A stretch of DNA of 64,000 bases from Burkholderiales bacterium. GTDB taxonomy: Bacteria > Pseudomonadota > Gammaproteobacteria > Burkholderiales > Burkholderiaceae_C. The translations under genes were made by a program, and so were the position numbers. Under the pieces are notes generated by a model that saw only the letters and a list, made by a program, of their open reading frames with translations, ran no database searches and was not told the origin of the DNA. The stretch covers positions 388,030 through 452,029 of the forward strand of contig JAGWTR010000002.1 in the NCBI GenBank assembly GCA_028868855.1, read 5' to 3'. Shown here piece after piece: positions 38,644-49,783 of this stretch (its first letter is position 1; every line of letters begins with the position of its first letter).

Positions 38644-40233
38644 GTGGGGCGCTTGTTGACGAGAGGCGCTCGTCGCTCGCTGGGCAATTGGCATGTGATC
38701 AGCTTGGCAGCATTGGCGGGTGTGCTTGAGGTGGGTGCGTTTTCTCCATGGTCCGCGCAGATTGGCGTGGCTTGGCCTGCCGTTCTGGAATCGATGGCCG
38801 TGGCGGTGCTGGTGGCCGTGCTGCACCGGACCGACCGACCGGTCGTGGCCGCTTGGTGCGGCGGTGTGTTTGGAACCGTTTGGTTGGTGGGCGGCACGGG
38901 ATGGATGTTCGTGAGTCTGCACCGCTTCGGAGGGCTACCAGCCTGGATGGCTGGACTGGCCGTGCTGGTCCTGTGCATGGCCTTGTCAGGGTTCATGGCT
39001 CTGGCCGCTTGCATGTGGGTGCGCTGGCGAAGGGGCAATCCATGGTCTGACGGACTGTTGTGGGCCGCATTGTGGTTGTTGGCCGAATGGGCGCGCGGCT
39101 TTGTTTTCACGGGTTTTCCGTGGGCAGCCAGCGGCTATGCCCTGGTGGATTCTCCTTTGGCGGCTTTGGCGCCATGGGTGGGCGTGTATGCAATGGGGGC
39201 CGTGTTGGTCTGGCTGGTGTCGTGGCTGGTGTTGGCCGTGTCGTCGCCCAGAGGATTGTTCAGTTGCGTTGTGGTGCTCATCGGCACGATGGCTGGTTTG
39301 ACCCTGATGCCGGCCAATGGTGGCAATTTCACGAGGCCGCATGGTGGCTCTTTGAGCGTCACGCTGCTGCAAGGCAATATCCCGCAGGGCGAGAAATTCT
39401 CCCAAGCCCATCTGGGTGCTCAGCTGGTGTGGCATGCGCAGGCCTTGGCGGCCGCGCGTACGGATCTGGTCGTGGCGCCTGAGACGGCGATTCCTTTGCT
39501 ACCGTCACAGCTCCCAGAAGGTTTTTGGGACCAATTGGCCCGTGTGTTTCACGACGGCCATCGCGCGGCCCTGGTGGGTATCCCACTGGGCGATTTTGAG
39601 ACGGGTTACAGCAATTCGGTGGTGGGCTTGTCGGCTGCGACGCATGCTTTGCCCGATGGTTTCTATCGCTACAACAAGCATCATCTGGTGCCGTTTGGTG
39701 AGTTCATCCCTTTGGGTTTTCACTGGTTCGTGCAGATGATGAATATGCCCCTGGGTGACTTCACTCGCGGACCGCGCAATGCGCCGTCGTTCGCTGTGAA
39801 AGACCAGTTTGTGGCCCCCACCATTTGCTACGAAGATTTGTTTGGTGAGGAGTTGGCCGAGCGTTTTGTGTCCGCCACTCAACCCGCTCCGACGTTGTTC
39901 GCCAATGTCAGCAATCTGGCCTGGTTTGGCGATACGGTGGCGATTCATCAGCATTTGCAGATTGCCCGGATGCGTTCCCTGGAGTTTCAGCGGCCCACCA
40001 TCCGGGCGACAAATACGGGCGCCACGGTGGTAATTGACCACCACGCCAAGGTGGTGGCCAGCTTGACCCCCAACACACGGGGCGCTCTGGTGTCCTCGGT
40101 GCAGGGGTACGAGGGCAATACCCCCTTTGCGCAATGGGCTGGGCGCCTGGACCTGTGGCCGGAGGTGCTGTTGGCCGTGGGGATGGTGCTCGGCTTGCGC
40201 CGTCGTTCAGGCATGACGGCGCCGAGTCTTTAG
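38644..40233 (+). CDS. lnt: apolipoprotein N-acyltransferase
   Basis: It has a multi-TM N-terminal half (FTGFPW motif) and a CN-hydrolase domain (VVAPETAIP, ICYEDLF). The start is uncertain: GTG 38644, TTG 38653, or TTG 38590. Confidence 0.9.
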   Translation: MGRLLTRGARRSLGNWHVISLAALAGVLEVGAFSPWSAQIGVAWPAVLESMAVAVLVAVLHRTDRPVVAAWCGGVFGTVWLVGGTGWMFVSLHRFGGLPAWMAGLAVLVLCMALSGFMALAACMWVRWRRGNPWSDGLLWAALWLLAEWARGFVFTGFPWAASGYALVDSPLAALAPWVGVYAMGAVLVWLVSWLVLAVSSPRGLFSCVVVLIGTMAGLTLMPANGGNFTRPHGGSLSVTLLQGNIPQGEKFSQAHLGAQLVWHAQALAAARTDLVVAPETAIPLLPSQLPEGFWDQLARVFHDGHRAALVGIPLGDFETGYSNSVVGLSAATHALPDGFYRYNKHHLVPFGEFIPLGFHWFVQMMNMPLGDFTRGPRNAPSFAVKDQFVAPTICYEDLFGEELAERFVSATQPAPTLFANVSNLAWFGDTVAIHQHLQIARMRSLEFQRPTIRATNTGATVVIDHHAKVVASLTPNTRGALVSSVQGYEGNTPFAQWAGRLDLWPEVLLAVGMVLGLRRRSGMTAPSL

Positions 40234-40325
40234 AATCGGGGAATCGCGTCGGCTTTGCCTGATGCCGTTCTCCTTGATTTTCCGACCTGAAACAAACGGA
40301 TGCCGTTTCCTTCAAAGGCTTTGCC

Positions 40326-41258
40326 ATGCTGACTTTCCAGCAATTGATCTTGCGACTTCAAAGTTACTGGGATGCCCAGGGCTGCGCGCTTCTCCAACCG
40401 TATGACATGGAAGTCGGTGCGGGCACCAGCCATACCGCCACCTTCCTGCGTGCCCTCGGGCCAGAACCCTGGCGCGCAGCCTATGTGCAGCCCAGCCGTC
40501 GCCCCAAGGACGGCCGCTATGGCGACAACCCCAACCGATTGCAGCACTACTACCAGTTCCAGGTCGTGCTCAAGCCCGCACCATCCAACATCCTGGAGTT
40601 GTACCTGGGCTCGCTGGAAGCGCTGGGTTTCGACCTGAAGAAGAACGACATCCGCTTCGTTGAAGACGACTGGGAAAACCCAACCCTGGGCGCTTGGGGA
40701 CTGGGCTGGGAAGTCTGGCTCAACGGCATGGAAGTGACGCAGTTCACCTACTTCCAGCAAGTGGGCGGCATTGATTGCAAACCCCTGACGGGCGAGATCA
40801 CTTACGGCCTGGAACGCCTGGCCATGTACCTGCAAGGTGTGGACAACATCTATGACCTGGTCTACGCACCGGGCCTGAAGTATGGCGATGTTTTCCACCA
40901 GAACGAAGTCGAGCAGTCGACCTACAACTTCGAGCACAGCAATGTCGAGTTCCTGCTGGGGGCTTTCACCAACTACGAGACCCAGGCCAAATACCTGATT
41001 GAGCAACAGTTGGCCTTGCCCGCCTACGAGCAAGTGCTCAAGGCTGCCCACACTTTCAATTTGCTGGACGCGCGCGGAGCCATTTCGGTGACCGAGCGCG
41101 CGGGCTACATCGGCCGCATTCGCAATCTGGCGCGCAGCGTGGCCCAAGCCTATCTTGACAGCCGCGCCCGTCTGGGCTTTCCCATGGCGCCCAAGGCCTG
41201 GGCTGAAGAAGTCCTGGCCCACTTAGCCACCGCTAAAACTCAAAAGAAAGCCGCCTGA
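40326..41258 (+). CDS. glyQ: glycine-tRNA ligase alpha subunit
   Basis: 310 aa; [20 protein letters not shown]... is the typical GlyQ N-terminus. Confidence 0.95.
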   Translation: MLTFQQLILRLQSYWDAQGCALLQPYDMEVGAGTSHTATFLRALGPEPWRAAYVQPSRRPKDGRYGDNPNRLQHYYQFQVVLKPAPSNILELYLGSLEALGFDLKKNDIRFVEDDWENPTLGAWGLGWEVWLNGMEVTQFTYFQQVGGIDCKPLTGEITYGLERLAMYLQGVDNIYDLVYAPGLKYGDVFHQNEVEQSTYNFEHSNVEFLLGAFTNYETQAKYLIEQQLALPAYEQVLKAAHTFNLLDARGAISVTERAGYIGRIRNLARSVAQAYLDSRARLGFPMAPKAWAEEVLAHLATAKTQKKAA

Positions 41259-41260
41259 GC

Positions 41261-43405
41261 ATGAGCGCTTCCAACCTGCTCGTTGAACTGTTCGTTGAAG
41301 AGCTGCCGCCCAAGGCGCTTAAGAAGCTGGGCGAGTCCTTTGCCCAGGTTTTGTCCGACAGTCTGAAATCCCAAGGTCTGACGAGTGCCGAGTCACTCGT
41401 GACCGCGTTTGCCTCGCCGCGCCGACTGGCCGTGCATGTGAGCAGTGTGGTCTCCAAAGGCGCCGATCAGGCGGTGCAGCAAAAACTGATGCCCGTGAAC
41501 GTCGGCCTGGACGCCTCGGGTCAGCCCACACCGGCACTGCTCAAGCGGCTGTCTGCTCTGGGCGGAGGTCCCGAAGCTGTGGCCAGCCTGAAGCGTGCGC
41601 TGGACGGCAAAGCCGAAGCGCTATTTTTTGACAGCATCAAGACTGGCGCCACGCTGGCTGAAGGCCTCCAGAAGGCACTGGATGAGGCCCTCGCTAAATT
41701 ACCCATCCCCAAGGTGATGAGTTATCAATTGGAGCAAGGGCAGGGCGCCGACTTTCAGCCGGGCTGGACCAGTGTGCACTTTGTGCGTCCAGCGCATGGC
41801 CTGGTTGCTTTGCACGGTGATCAGGTGGTTCCCGTCGGCGTCTTGGGTCTGGTGTCGGGCCGCGAGACCCATGGGCACCGATTTGAAGCCAAGTTTGACC
41901 CCATCGTGCTGGAGCATGCCGACAGCTATGCCGAGCAATTGGCGCAAGACGGCGCGGTGATCGCCAGCTTTGATGAGCGCCGTGCCGACATTGTCCGCCA
42001 ACTCAAAGCCGCGGCGACCAAGGCCGGCCACGATTTGCACCCCATCGAGGATGACGCCTTGCTGGACGAGGTCACGGGCCTGGTCGAGCGTCCCAACGTG
42101 GTGACGGGGCGCTTTGATTCGGCCTTCTTGGAAGTGCCACAGGAGTGCCTCATCCTGACAATGAAGGCCAACCAGAAATACTTCCCGCTGTTGGACGCAT
42201 CGGGCAAGTTGAGCAATCAGTTCTTGATCGTCAGCAACATCAGTCCGGACGACACCAGCGCGGTGATCGGGGGAAACGAGCGCGTGGTGCGCCCGCGTTT
42301 GGCCGACGCCCAGTTCTTCTTCAATCAAGACCGCAAGAAGACGCTGGACTCGCGCGTGGACGGCCTTGCCAAAGTTGTGTATCACGGCAAGCTGGGCACA
42401 CAGGGTGAGCGGGTTGAACGTGTGAGAGCGATTGCCAAAAGTCTGGCCGACAGTTTGGGTCAAGGCTTGGTCGGTACTCAGGCACGGCTTGAGGTCGATG
42501 TGGCGGCACGGCTAGCCAAGGTCGATTTGCTGACCGACATGGTGGGCGAGTTCCCCGAGTTGCAAGGCATCATGGGTGGCTATTACGCCCGCAACGATGG
42601 CCTAGGTGACACGGTGGCGCGCGCCATCGAGGACCACTACAAACCCCGCTTTGCCGGTGACGAACTGCCGCGTGATCTGGTCGGCGTGGTGGTGGCCCTG
42701 GCCGACAAGCTTGAAACCCTGGTTGGCCTGTTCGGCATTGGCCAGTTGCCGACTGGCGACAAAGACCCCTTTGCGTTGCGCCGCCACGCCCTGGGCGTGA
42801 TCCGCATGCTGATCGAGCGTGATCTGCCACTGGAGTTGGAGCCGACCTTGCGCAAGGCCGCCGCCGTTTTTGGCGGCAAGATCACCGATGCCACGTCGGC
42901 CTTGAGCGATTTCATCTACGACCGCCTGGCTGGCAGCTTGCGCGAGCAGGGATACAGCGCGCAGGAAGTCGACGCCGTGTTGGCCTTGCGTCCGCAGCGT
43001 TTGACCGACATCGCGCAGCGCCTGGCGGCCGTGCGGGCTTTCGCGGTTTTGTCCGAAGCAGCGTCACTGGCGGCGGCCAACAAGCGCGTTGGCAATATCC
43101 TGAAAAAATCCGAAGACGCGGTGCAAGCTAAGGTAGATACTGCGTTGCTCAAGGAACCAGCCGAGGCGGCTCTGTACGAGGCTCTGACCTCGGCGGGGTC
43201 AAAAGCCTCGCAGGCCTTTGACCAGGGCGACTACACCGCCTCTCTGCAAGCCTTGGCGGTGCTCAAGAACCCGGTTGACGCATTCTTTGATAACGTGATG
43301 GTTAACGCAGAAGACGCCGCTTTGCGCGCTAATCGGCTTGGTTTGCTGGCATCCTTGCATCAGGCCATGAACCGTGTGGCTGACCTGTCAAGGTTGGCCG
43401 CTTGA
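41261..43405 (+). CDS. glyS: glycine-tRNA ligase beta subunit
   Basis: 714 aa beginning LLVELFVEELPPKAL, 2 nt downstream of glyQ. Confidence 0.95.
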   Translation: MSASNLLVELFVEELPPKALKKLGESFAQVLSDSLKSQGLTSAESLVTAFASPRRLAVHVSSVVSKGADQAVQQKLMPVNVGLDASGQPTPALLKRLSALGGGPEAVASLKRALDGKAEALFFDSIKTGATLAEGLQKALDEALAKLPIPKVMSYQLEQGQGADFQPGWTSVHFVRPAHGLVALHGDQVVPVGVLGLVSGRETHGHRFEAKFDPIVLEHADSYAEQLAQDGAVIASFDERRADIVRQLKAAATKAGHDLHPIEDDALLDEVTGLVERPNVVTGRFDSAFLEVPQECLILTMKANQKYFPLLDASGKLSNQFLIVSNISPDDTSAVIGGNERVVRPRLADAQFFFNQDRKKTLDSRVDGLAKVVYHGKLGTQGERVERVRAIAKSLADSLGQGLVGTQARLEVDVAARLAKVDLLTDMVGEFPELQGIMGGYYARNDGLGDTVARAIEDHYKPRFAGDELPRDLVGVVVALADKLETLVGLFGIGQLPTGDKDPFALRRHALGVIRMLIERDLPLELEPTLRKAAAVFGGKITDATSALSDFIYDRLAGSLREQGYSAQEVDAVLALRPQRLTDIAQRLAAVRAFAVLSEAASLAAANKRVGNILKKSEDAVQAKVDTALLKEPAEAALYEALTSAGSKASQAFDQGDYTASLQALAVLKNPVDAFFDNVMVNAEDAALRANRLGLLASLHQAMNRVADLSRLAA

Positions 43406-43422
43406 ACCCATTCGGAGGGGGC

Positions 43423-44031
43423 ATGAAACTCGTCATCCTCGATCGCGATGGCACGATCAATTACGAACGGGAAGACTACATCAAGTCGGCGGACGAGTGG
43501 GTGGCTTTGCCTGGGGCGCTGGAGGCCATTGCACGCCTCAACCATGCGGGTTGGCATGTTGTGGTGGCCACCAATCAGTCTGGCATCGGGCGCGGTTTGT
43601 TCGACATGGTGGCGCTCAATGCAATGCATGCTCGCATGAACCATTTGCTGGCCCGCCATGGTGGGCGCATTGAAGCCGTTTTTTTCTGCCCCCACACGCC
43701 GGAAGACCAATGCACTTGCCGTAAACCGAAGCCGGGCCTGTTCACGATGATTGGGCAGCGTTTCGGCGTGTCGCTGCAAGGCGTGCCGATGGCGGGTGAC
43801 CTGCCGCGCGATGTGCTGGCGGCCCAGTCAGTGGGCTGCGAGCCGCACCTGGTGCGCACCGGCCAAGCCTCGGCCATGACCGAGGCCGAGTTGGTCGAGT
43901 TGCGCCAGCAGGTGTCCGACCTGACCATTCACCCCGATTTATCGTCTTTTGCCGACTTCCTGATTTTGCGGGATCGCCGCGCGCACGGAGAAGACAGCCC
44001 GGTGTCCACGCACATGGGCGAGCTGACATGA
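43423..44031 (+). CDS. gmhB: D-glycero-beta-D-manno-heptose 1,7-bisphosphate 7-phosphatase
   Basis: ATG 43423 follows GGAGGGG. It has HAD motif I (ILDRDGTIN) and the Zn-loop FFCPHTPEDQCTCRKPKPG. Confidence 0.85.
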   Translation: MKLVILDRDGTINYEREDYIKSADEWVALPGALEAIARLNHAGWHVVVATNQSGIGRGLFDMVALNAMHARMNHLLARHGGRIEAVFFCPHTPEDQCTCRKPKPGLFTMIGQRFGVSLQGVPMAGDLPRDVLAAQSVGCEPHLVRTGQASAMTEAELVELRQQVSDLTIHPDLSSFADFLILRDRRAHGEDSPVSTHMGELT

Positions 44032-44044
44032 AGGACAAGCCTCT

Positions 44045-44968
44045 GTGACGAGTGATGAACGAACGCCAGCGGTTGTAGCGCCGGTGTCCACAGGAGAGCA
44101 GTTGGGGCTGTCCTGGGTTGACGGGAATGAAGACGGGATGGCAGGCGGCGATGAGTCGTCTGCGGTCGTTGCGGCCTTGTCCCACGAGCCCTTGCAGCGC
44201 CCCGAGATGTCGGCATTCCGCCATCCTCAGGCCGAACGCGAGGTTCGCCTCGGGGACATCATCGTGGCCTACGAATTTCAGCGCGTGCGCCGCCGCAGCA
44301 TCGGCATGGTGGTCAGCGCTGACGGCCTGAGCGTGCGCGCCCCGCGGTGGGTGTCCTCCGGAGACATCGAAACTGCCTTGCATGCCAAGTCGCGCTGGAT
44401 TTGCAACAAGTTGGTCGAGCAGCGTGAGCGTGCCCTGAAGCAGAAGGCATCCCGCATTGAATGGCGCGAGGGCGGTTCGCTGGCCTACCTGGGTGAGCCC
44501 TTGATCTTGGTGCTGGAGCCGCAGATTAAAGGCGCGACGGTGCATGAGGGCTTGCCCACCTTGCCCGGCATGGCTCAGCGTGCGCTCCACCTTGGCCTGC
44601 CGCAAGGCAGCGCCGCCGAGGTGATCGGCGATGCGGTACAGGCCTGGTTGAAAAAACAAGCCAGACGGTGTTTTGAATCCCGTGTACAGCACTTTGCGGC
44701 GCAGATGGGCGTTCAGGTGACTCGCGTTGGCCTGTCGTCAGCGCGCACGCGTTGGGGCAGCGCCAGCGTAGACGGCTCCATCCGCTTGCACTGGCGCCTG
44801 ATGCACTTCAGTGATCAGGTGATCGACTACGTGGTGGTGCACGAACTGGCCCATTTGCACGAAATGAACCACAGTCCGCGCTTTTGGGCAGTTGTGCGAT
44901 CGGTCATGCCTGATTTTGAAGAGGCGAGGGAGCAACTTCGCCACGCCGTCATTCCCGAGTGGGCTTAA
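44045..44968 (+). CDS. DUF45/YgjP-like (WLM-type) metal-dependent hydrolase
   Basis: 307 aa with HELAHLHEMNHSPRFW (HExxH). It shares the 4-nt TTAA stop overlap with the convergent MBL gene. Confidence 0.75.
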   Translation: MTSDERTPAVVAPVSTGEQLGLSWVDGNEDGMAGGDESSAVVAALSHEPLQRPEMSAFRHPQAEREVRLGDIIVAYEFQRVRRRSIGMVVSADGLSVRAPRWVSSGDIETALHAKSRWICNKLVEQRERALKQKASRIEWREGGSLAYLGEPLILVLEPQIKGATVHEGLPTLPGMAQRALHLGLPQGSAAEVIGDAVQAWLKKQARRCFESRVQHFAAQMGVQVTRVGLSSARTRWGSASVDGSIRLHWRLMHFSDQVIDYVVVHELAHLHEMNHSPRFWAVVRSVMPDFEEAREQLRHAVIPEWA

Positions 44969-46122
44969 GGCAAGGCGGCGCTGAAACGGTAGATGCCATC
45001 GGCGTCCAGGCGCCGGGTGAGCGCCCCGTGGTGCCACAGCGCATGCAGATGAGCCACCGCCTCGCCCATGGCAAAGGTGGTTTGGTGCAGGTCCAGTGCG
45101 CGTTTGAACAGCACAGGTAGCAAATCGGCGGCCGTGGTGGGGCGCTCGGTGCAGGCCTCGATCACCTCGGTCAGCCGTTCCCGATGGTGCTGATGCAGTT
45201 GATCAATGCGGGTGTGCAGTCCGACAAAAGGCTTTCCGTGGGATGGCAGCACCAGGGTGTCGTCTGGCAAGGCCCGCAAGCGGTCCAGCGATTTTAGAAA
45301 CTCGGTCAGCGAATCGCCTTCGGGCTCGACATCATTCACACTGACATTGGTTGAAATGCGCGGCAAGACCATGTCACCCGAAATCAACACGTTCAGTTCA
45401 GGGCAGTGCAGGGCGATGTGCTCCGGCGAATGGCCATACCCGACATGGCAACGCCATGGCCGTGACCCAATGCGCACCTCCATCCCATCGAGTAGCCGGC
45501 GAAACGTGGCGGGCACGGACGGCACCATGGAACTGTAGTAATTGGTGCGTTGGCGGATCTTGGCCACAGACTCGGCGTCTGTCAAACCATGGCTGGCAAA
45601 GAAGTTGGCCGAACGATCACCGCCAAAACCAGTGGTGTAGCGGCTGGCCAGGTGCGCCGCATTGAAGTCGGTGGCGCTCATCCACAAGCGGCATTCGTGA
45701 TCAGGTGTGCTCCAGCGACGGGTCAGCCAGTCAGCGTTACCGATGTGGTCGGGGTGCATGTGGGTGACGATGACTCGCAGCACCGGCAAACCATCCAGGT
45801 GCTTGGCAAACACTTGCGACCAAGCATCTTGCGTGTCCTGATTGGCAATCCCGCAGTCCACGATGGTCCAGCCTTGCTGGCCATTGAGCTCATCACGCAA
45901 CAACCATAGATTGATGTGGTTGAGGGCAAAGGGCAGCGCCATGCGCACCCAGCGCACCCCCGTCGCCACCTCGATCACGCATCCCCGCTCGGGCATCGCA
46001 TCGTCCAGCGTATAACGCAACTCACCGGTTCCGGTTTGAGCTGCGCCCCATGGATATGGCTTGGCAAAAGGAGCCGATGTGGCGTGAAGCTCGGGGTGAC
46101 CATTGGAGGTGATGGAGGTCAT
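44965..46122 (-). CDS. MBL-fold metallo-hydrolase
   Basis: ORF 44965..46509 is trimmed to ATG 46122, giving 385 aa. It carries THMHPDHIG (HxHxDH). Confidence 0.8.
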   Translation of the reverse strand: MTSITSNGHPELHATSAPFAKPYPWGAAQTGTGELRYTLDDAMPERGCVIEVATGVRWVRMALPFALNHINLWLLRDELNGQQGWTIVDCGIANQDTQDAWSQVFAKHLDGLPVLRVIVTHMHPDHIGNADWLTRRWSTPDHECRLWMSATDFNAAHLASRYTTGFGGDRSANFFASHGLTDAESVAKIRQRTNYYSSMVPSVPATFRRLLDGMEVRIGSRPWRCHVGYGHSPEHIALHCPELNVLISGDMVLPRISTNVSVNDVEPEGDSLTEFLKSLDRLRALPDDTLVLPSHGKPFVGLHTRIDQLHQHHRERLTEVIEACTERPTTAADLLPVLFKRALDLHQTTFAMGEAVAHLHALWHHGALTRRLDADGIYRFSAALP

Positions 46123-46246
46123 GGGGCGCGGCAAGGTGGGAACTCTGGCATTGTGACCGCTCGCGCGATTTCCGTCCGGGTGTTTCGTCCGAGCAGTCAC
46201 GGCTTCATGCGGGAAGTTCCCATGCACTTGACTACACTGTGGGTCT

Positions 46247-46918
46247 ATGAATCTGGACCAATTGTTTACCCGAAACCGCGCCTGGGCGCGAGACATCGAG
46301 CAGCGCACCCCCGGTTTTTTTTCGCGCTTGCAACAGCAGCAATCGCCGCAATACCTGTGGATTGGCTGCAGCGACAGCCGTGTGCCGGCCAACGAAATCG
46401 TGGGCCTGTTGCCGGGCGAAATGTTCGTGCACCGCAATGTGGCGAATGTGGTCGTGCACTCGGACCTGAACTGCCTCTCGGTCATGCAGTTTGCGATTGA
46501 TTCGCTCAAGGTTCGGCACGTGATCGTGGTGGGACACTATGGCTGCAGTGGTGTTAGAGCCGCCATGGAGAATTTGCACATCGGCATCGCCGACAACTGG
46601 ATACGCCATGTGCAGGACGTGCGCAACGAACACAGGGGATGGCTCTACAGCCTGCCGGAAGGCTCCATGCGCCTGAACGCCTTGTGCGAGCTTAATGTGC
46701 TGGAGCAGAGTCTGAATGTCTGTCAGACCACCGTCGTGCAGGATGCCTGGGCACGTGGCCAGGAAGTGGTCGTGCATGGCTGGGTCTACGGCTTGCATGA
46801 TGGGCACCTCAAAGACATGCGCATCAGTGTCGCGCATCCAGAATCCTTGCAGTTGGCCTACGCTGAGGCATTGTCCGAACTGAAAAAACGCTACGTTCCT
46901 TCCGCCGAGACCAAGTGA
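46247..46918 (+). CDS. can: beta-class carbonic anhydrase
   Basis: 223 aa with GCSDSRV and VGHYGCSG zinc-ligand motifs. Confidence 0.9.
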   Translation: MNLDQLFTRNRAWARDIEQRTPGFFSRLQQQQSPQYLWIGCSDSRVPANEIVGLLPGEMFVHRNVANVVVHSDLNCLSVMQFAIDSLKVRHVIVVGHYGCSGVRAAMENLHIGIADNWIRHVQDVRNEHRGWLYSLPEGSMRLNALCELNVLEQSLNVCQTTVVQDAWARGQEVVVHGWVYGLHDGHLKDMRISVAHPESLQLAYAEALSELKKRYVPSAETK

Positions 46919-48813
46919 TGTTTCCCACCCAACTGACCGACCCACGTGTTTTTGAAATCGCCCAGGCCTTGCTGGATGGTTTTGAAAAGCATTACAAGAT
47001 CTTTCGCCAGACCAGTGCGCAAGCCAAGAAGCGGTTTGAAAACACCGACTGGCATGGGCAGCAATTGGCGCAGCGTGAGCGTATCGAGTTCTATGACATG
47101 CGCGTCGACGAGGCCGTGGCGAGCCTGGAGCACGATTACCATGCGAGCAAATTGCCCATGGAGGTCTGGCAGCAGATCAAGCTGTTCTACATCGGCTTGT
47201 TGACCAACTACCGCCGGCCGGAATTGGCCGAGACCTTCTTCAATTCGGTCACCATCCGCCTGGTGCACCGCCGCTACTATCGCAACGACTTCATCTTCGT
47301 GCGGCCGGCCGTGTCGACCGAATACATCGAAGACGCCGACCCCAAGGCCAAACCCACTTTTCGGGCCTACTACCCCACGCGCGAAAACCTGCGCCAGATG
47401 CTCAAGACCGTGGTCCAGAGCTACGAGTTGGCCAAACCCTTTGAAGACCTGGACCGCGACATCGGTTTCGTGCTTGATGTGCTGAACGAGCAGATTGGCA
47501 ATGTGCGTCTGCGCACCAATTTTCAGATTCAGGTCCTGTCGTCACTGTTCTATCGGAACAAAGGCGCCTACATCGTCGGCAAGCTGATCAACGGGTTTCG
47601 AAGCCTGCCCTTTGCCATCCCCATCCTGCACAACTCCAAGAACCGGCTGTACATCGATGCTGCCCTGTTTGGTGAGGATGACCTGCTGGCATTGTTTAGT
47701 TTTGCGCGTGCCTATTTCCTGGTCGACATGGAGGTGCCCTCTGCCTATGTGCAGTTCCTGCGCACCCTGATGCCGCGCAAACCTCGCGCCGAGATCTACA
47801 ACGCGTTGGGGCTGCAAAAACATGGCAAGGCCCTGTTCTACCGGGATTTCCTGTTTCACCTTCACCATTCCAGCGACAAGTTCCGCATTGCGCCGGGCAT
47901 CAAGGGCATGGTCATGCTGGTGTTCGATCTTCCTTCGTATCCGTTCGTGTTCAAGGTCATCAAGGACTTCTTCCCGCCCCAGAAGGAGACCACGCGCAGC
48001 ATGATCATGTCCAAGTACCAGTTGGTGAAGCAACACGACCGGGTGGGACGCATGGCCGACTCGCTCGAGTTCACCAACGTGGCGTTTCCGCGTGACCGTT
48101 TCGATGATGAGTTGATCGCCGAGCTCAAGCACTTCGCGCCCAGCTTGATGGAGGAGGAGGGCGATGTGCTTATCCTCAAACACCTCTACATCGAGCGGCG
48201 CATGGTGCCCCTCAATATCTACCTGCAAGAGACCGACGGCGAGCAGTTGGAGCACGCAGTCATCGAGTACGGCAATGCACTGAAAGACTTGGTGGCCGCC
48301 AATATTTTCCCGGGCGACATGCTGTGGAAGAACTTTGGGGTTACGCGCAATGGCAAGGTCGTGTTCTACGACTACGACGAGATCGAGTACATCACCGATT
48401 GCAATTTCCGCAAAGTGCCGACGCCGCGCAATGAAGAGGATGAAATGTCAGGGGAGGTCTGGTACTCAGTGGGCGCGCACGACGTCTTCCCCGAGACCTT
48501 CGGGCCTTTTCTGCTGGGCGACCCGCGCGTGCGGGCCATCTTCATGAAGCATCATGCCGACTTGTTGGACCCCGTCTTTTGGCAGCAGCACAAAGAACGC
48601 ATCAAAACAGGCTATGTGCACGATGTGTTTCCCTATGACCGTCGACGACGCTTCATCCACAAGATCCACGCGGCGGCACCCAGTGCCACTGAACCCTCGT
48701 CAGACATGGTTCCTGTTGATGAGCCGGTGGATGTGCCGCCCGAAGGGTTGGCCGTGCATGATCAAGGCCGACTCACGGGCTTTGCTTCCGGGGGCAGTTC
48801 CAGCGCTGATTGA
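46915..48813 (+). CDS. aceK: isocitrate dehydrogenase kinase/phosphatase
   Basis: 632 aa. The N-terminus [18 protein letters not shown] and overall length fit AceK. GTG 46915 overlaps the can stop and ATG 46918 is adjacent to it. Confidence 0.9.
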   Translation: MMFPTQLTDPRVFEIAQALLDGFEKHYKIFRQTSAQAKKRFENTDWHGQQLAQRERIEFYDMRVDEAVASLEHDYHASKLPMEVWQQIKLFYIGLLTNYRRPELAETFFNSVTIRLVHRRYYRNDFIFVRPAVSTEYIEDADPKAKPTFRAYYPTRENLRQMLKTVVQSYELAKPFEDLDRDIGFVLDVLNEQIGNVRLRTNFQIQVLSSLFYRNKGAYIVGKLINGFRSLPFAIPILHNSKNRLYIDAALFGEDDLLALFSFARAYFLVDMEVPSAYVQFLRTLMPRKPRAEIYNALGLQKHGKALFYRDFLFHLHHSSDKFRIAPGIKGMVMLVFDLPSYPFVFKVIKDFFPPQKETTRSMIMSKYQLVKQHDRVGRMADSLEFTNVAFPRDRFDDELIAELKHFAPSLMEEEGDVLILKHLYIERRMVPLNIYLQETDGEQLEHAVIEYGNALKDLVAANIFPGDMLWKNFGVTRNGKVVFYDYDEIEYITDCNFRKVPTPRNEEDEMSGEVWYSVGAHDVFPETFGPFLLGDPRVRAIFMKHHADLLDPVFWQQHKERIKTGYVHDVFPYDRRRRFIHKIHAAAPSATEPSSDMVPVDEPVDVPPEGLAVHDQGRLTGFASGGSSSAD

Positions 48814-48833
48814 ATCAGCGCTGGGAGAACAAC

Positions 48834-49631
48834 TCACCAGAGTTGCCACCAGGGCTTTTCTTCCGCCTTGATGCCGCCGGTCAGGTAGGCGCTGTCCGGG
48901 AAACTTTGCTTGAGTACCCGCTCGGCATCATCGCGCAACTGGGTCAGCCCCAGGTGGTCATAAGCCCGCACCATGATGTACAGCGCCTGTTCGATGGCCG
49001 GAGAACTGCGGTAGTCAATCACCGCCTGTTGCGCTCGATTGGCTGCTGCCAAGTAGGCGCCACGACGCAGGTAGTACTGCGCAACCTTCACTTCGCCGCT
49101 GGCCAGCGAGTTCACGATGTAGTTCATGCGCAGTCGTGCATCGGCAGCGTACTTCGATGCAGGGAAACGCTCTGACAACTGCTTGAACGACTCGTAGGCA
49201 TCGCGCGCGGCCTGCTGATCGCGCTCGGCCAAATCCTGGCGGGCCATGCGGCCAAATAGCCCCAAGTCGTCGTTGAAGTTCACCAAGCCTTGCAGGTACA
49301 GGGCATAGTCGAGCGCCGGGCTGGTCGGGTGCAGTCGGATGAAGCGTTCCAGCTTGGCCAGGGCCTGAGCTTTCTCGCCGGTCTTGTAGTAGGCATAGGC
49401 CAGATCGATCTGAGCCTGCTGCGCCAGTAGCGTCCCCGAGGCGCGCGCTTCCACCTTTTCCAAACGCTTGATGGCGTTCTCGTAATTGCCGTCAGCTGCT
49501 TCGTCCTTGGCATCTGCGTACAATTTGTCCGGGGCTATGCCGGCGAACTCGTCGGTGGGTGTCGAGCCACAGCCCGCCAAGGTGGCCACCATCAAGGCGG
49601 CGATAACGCTGCTGACCGCGCTGGTTTTCAT
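48834..49631 (-). CDS. bamD: outer membrane protein assembly factor BamD
   Basis: ORF trimmed to ATG 49631. It has the lipobox LAGC and TPR-like repeats. It is divergent from rluD, as in E. coli. Confidence 0.9.
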   Translation of the reverse strand: MKTSAVSSVIAALMVATLAGCGSTPTDEFAGIAPDKLYADAKDEAADGNYENAIKRLEKVEARASGTLLAQQAQIDLAYAYYKTGEKAQALAKLERFIRLHPTSPALDYALYLQGLVNFNDDLGLFGRMARQDLAERDQQAARDAYESFKQLSERFPASKYAADARLRMNYIVNSLASGEVKVAQYYLRRGAYLAAANRAQQAVIDYRSSPAIEQALYIMVRAYDHLGLTQLRDDAERVLKQSFPDSAYLTGGIKAEEKPWWQLW

Positions 49632-49783
49632 GCCAGTCGAATGGCCCCACAAGGTGTTTTTCGGCAGTTTCACGTGTGTATGTGGCGGGTTTGAGCCGCG
49701 CAGAGTTTCGCAATGGTGCGCTATACCCTGCAGTATAGAAGCACGTTGCCACCCCAACGATCCCACCGCTTGCAAAGCCGCTA

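Noticed and set aside
43742-44692. 316-aa minus-strand ORF spanning the gmhB 3' end and the DUF45 gene.
   Set aside because: It is antisense to two genes with clear motifs (the GmhB Zn loop and HELAH), and it has an Arg/Ala/Gly-rich translation without motifs.
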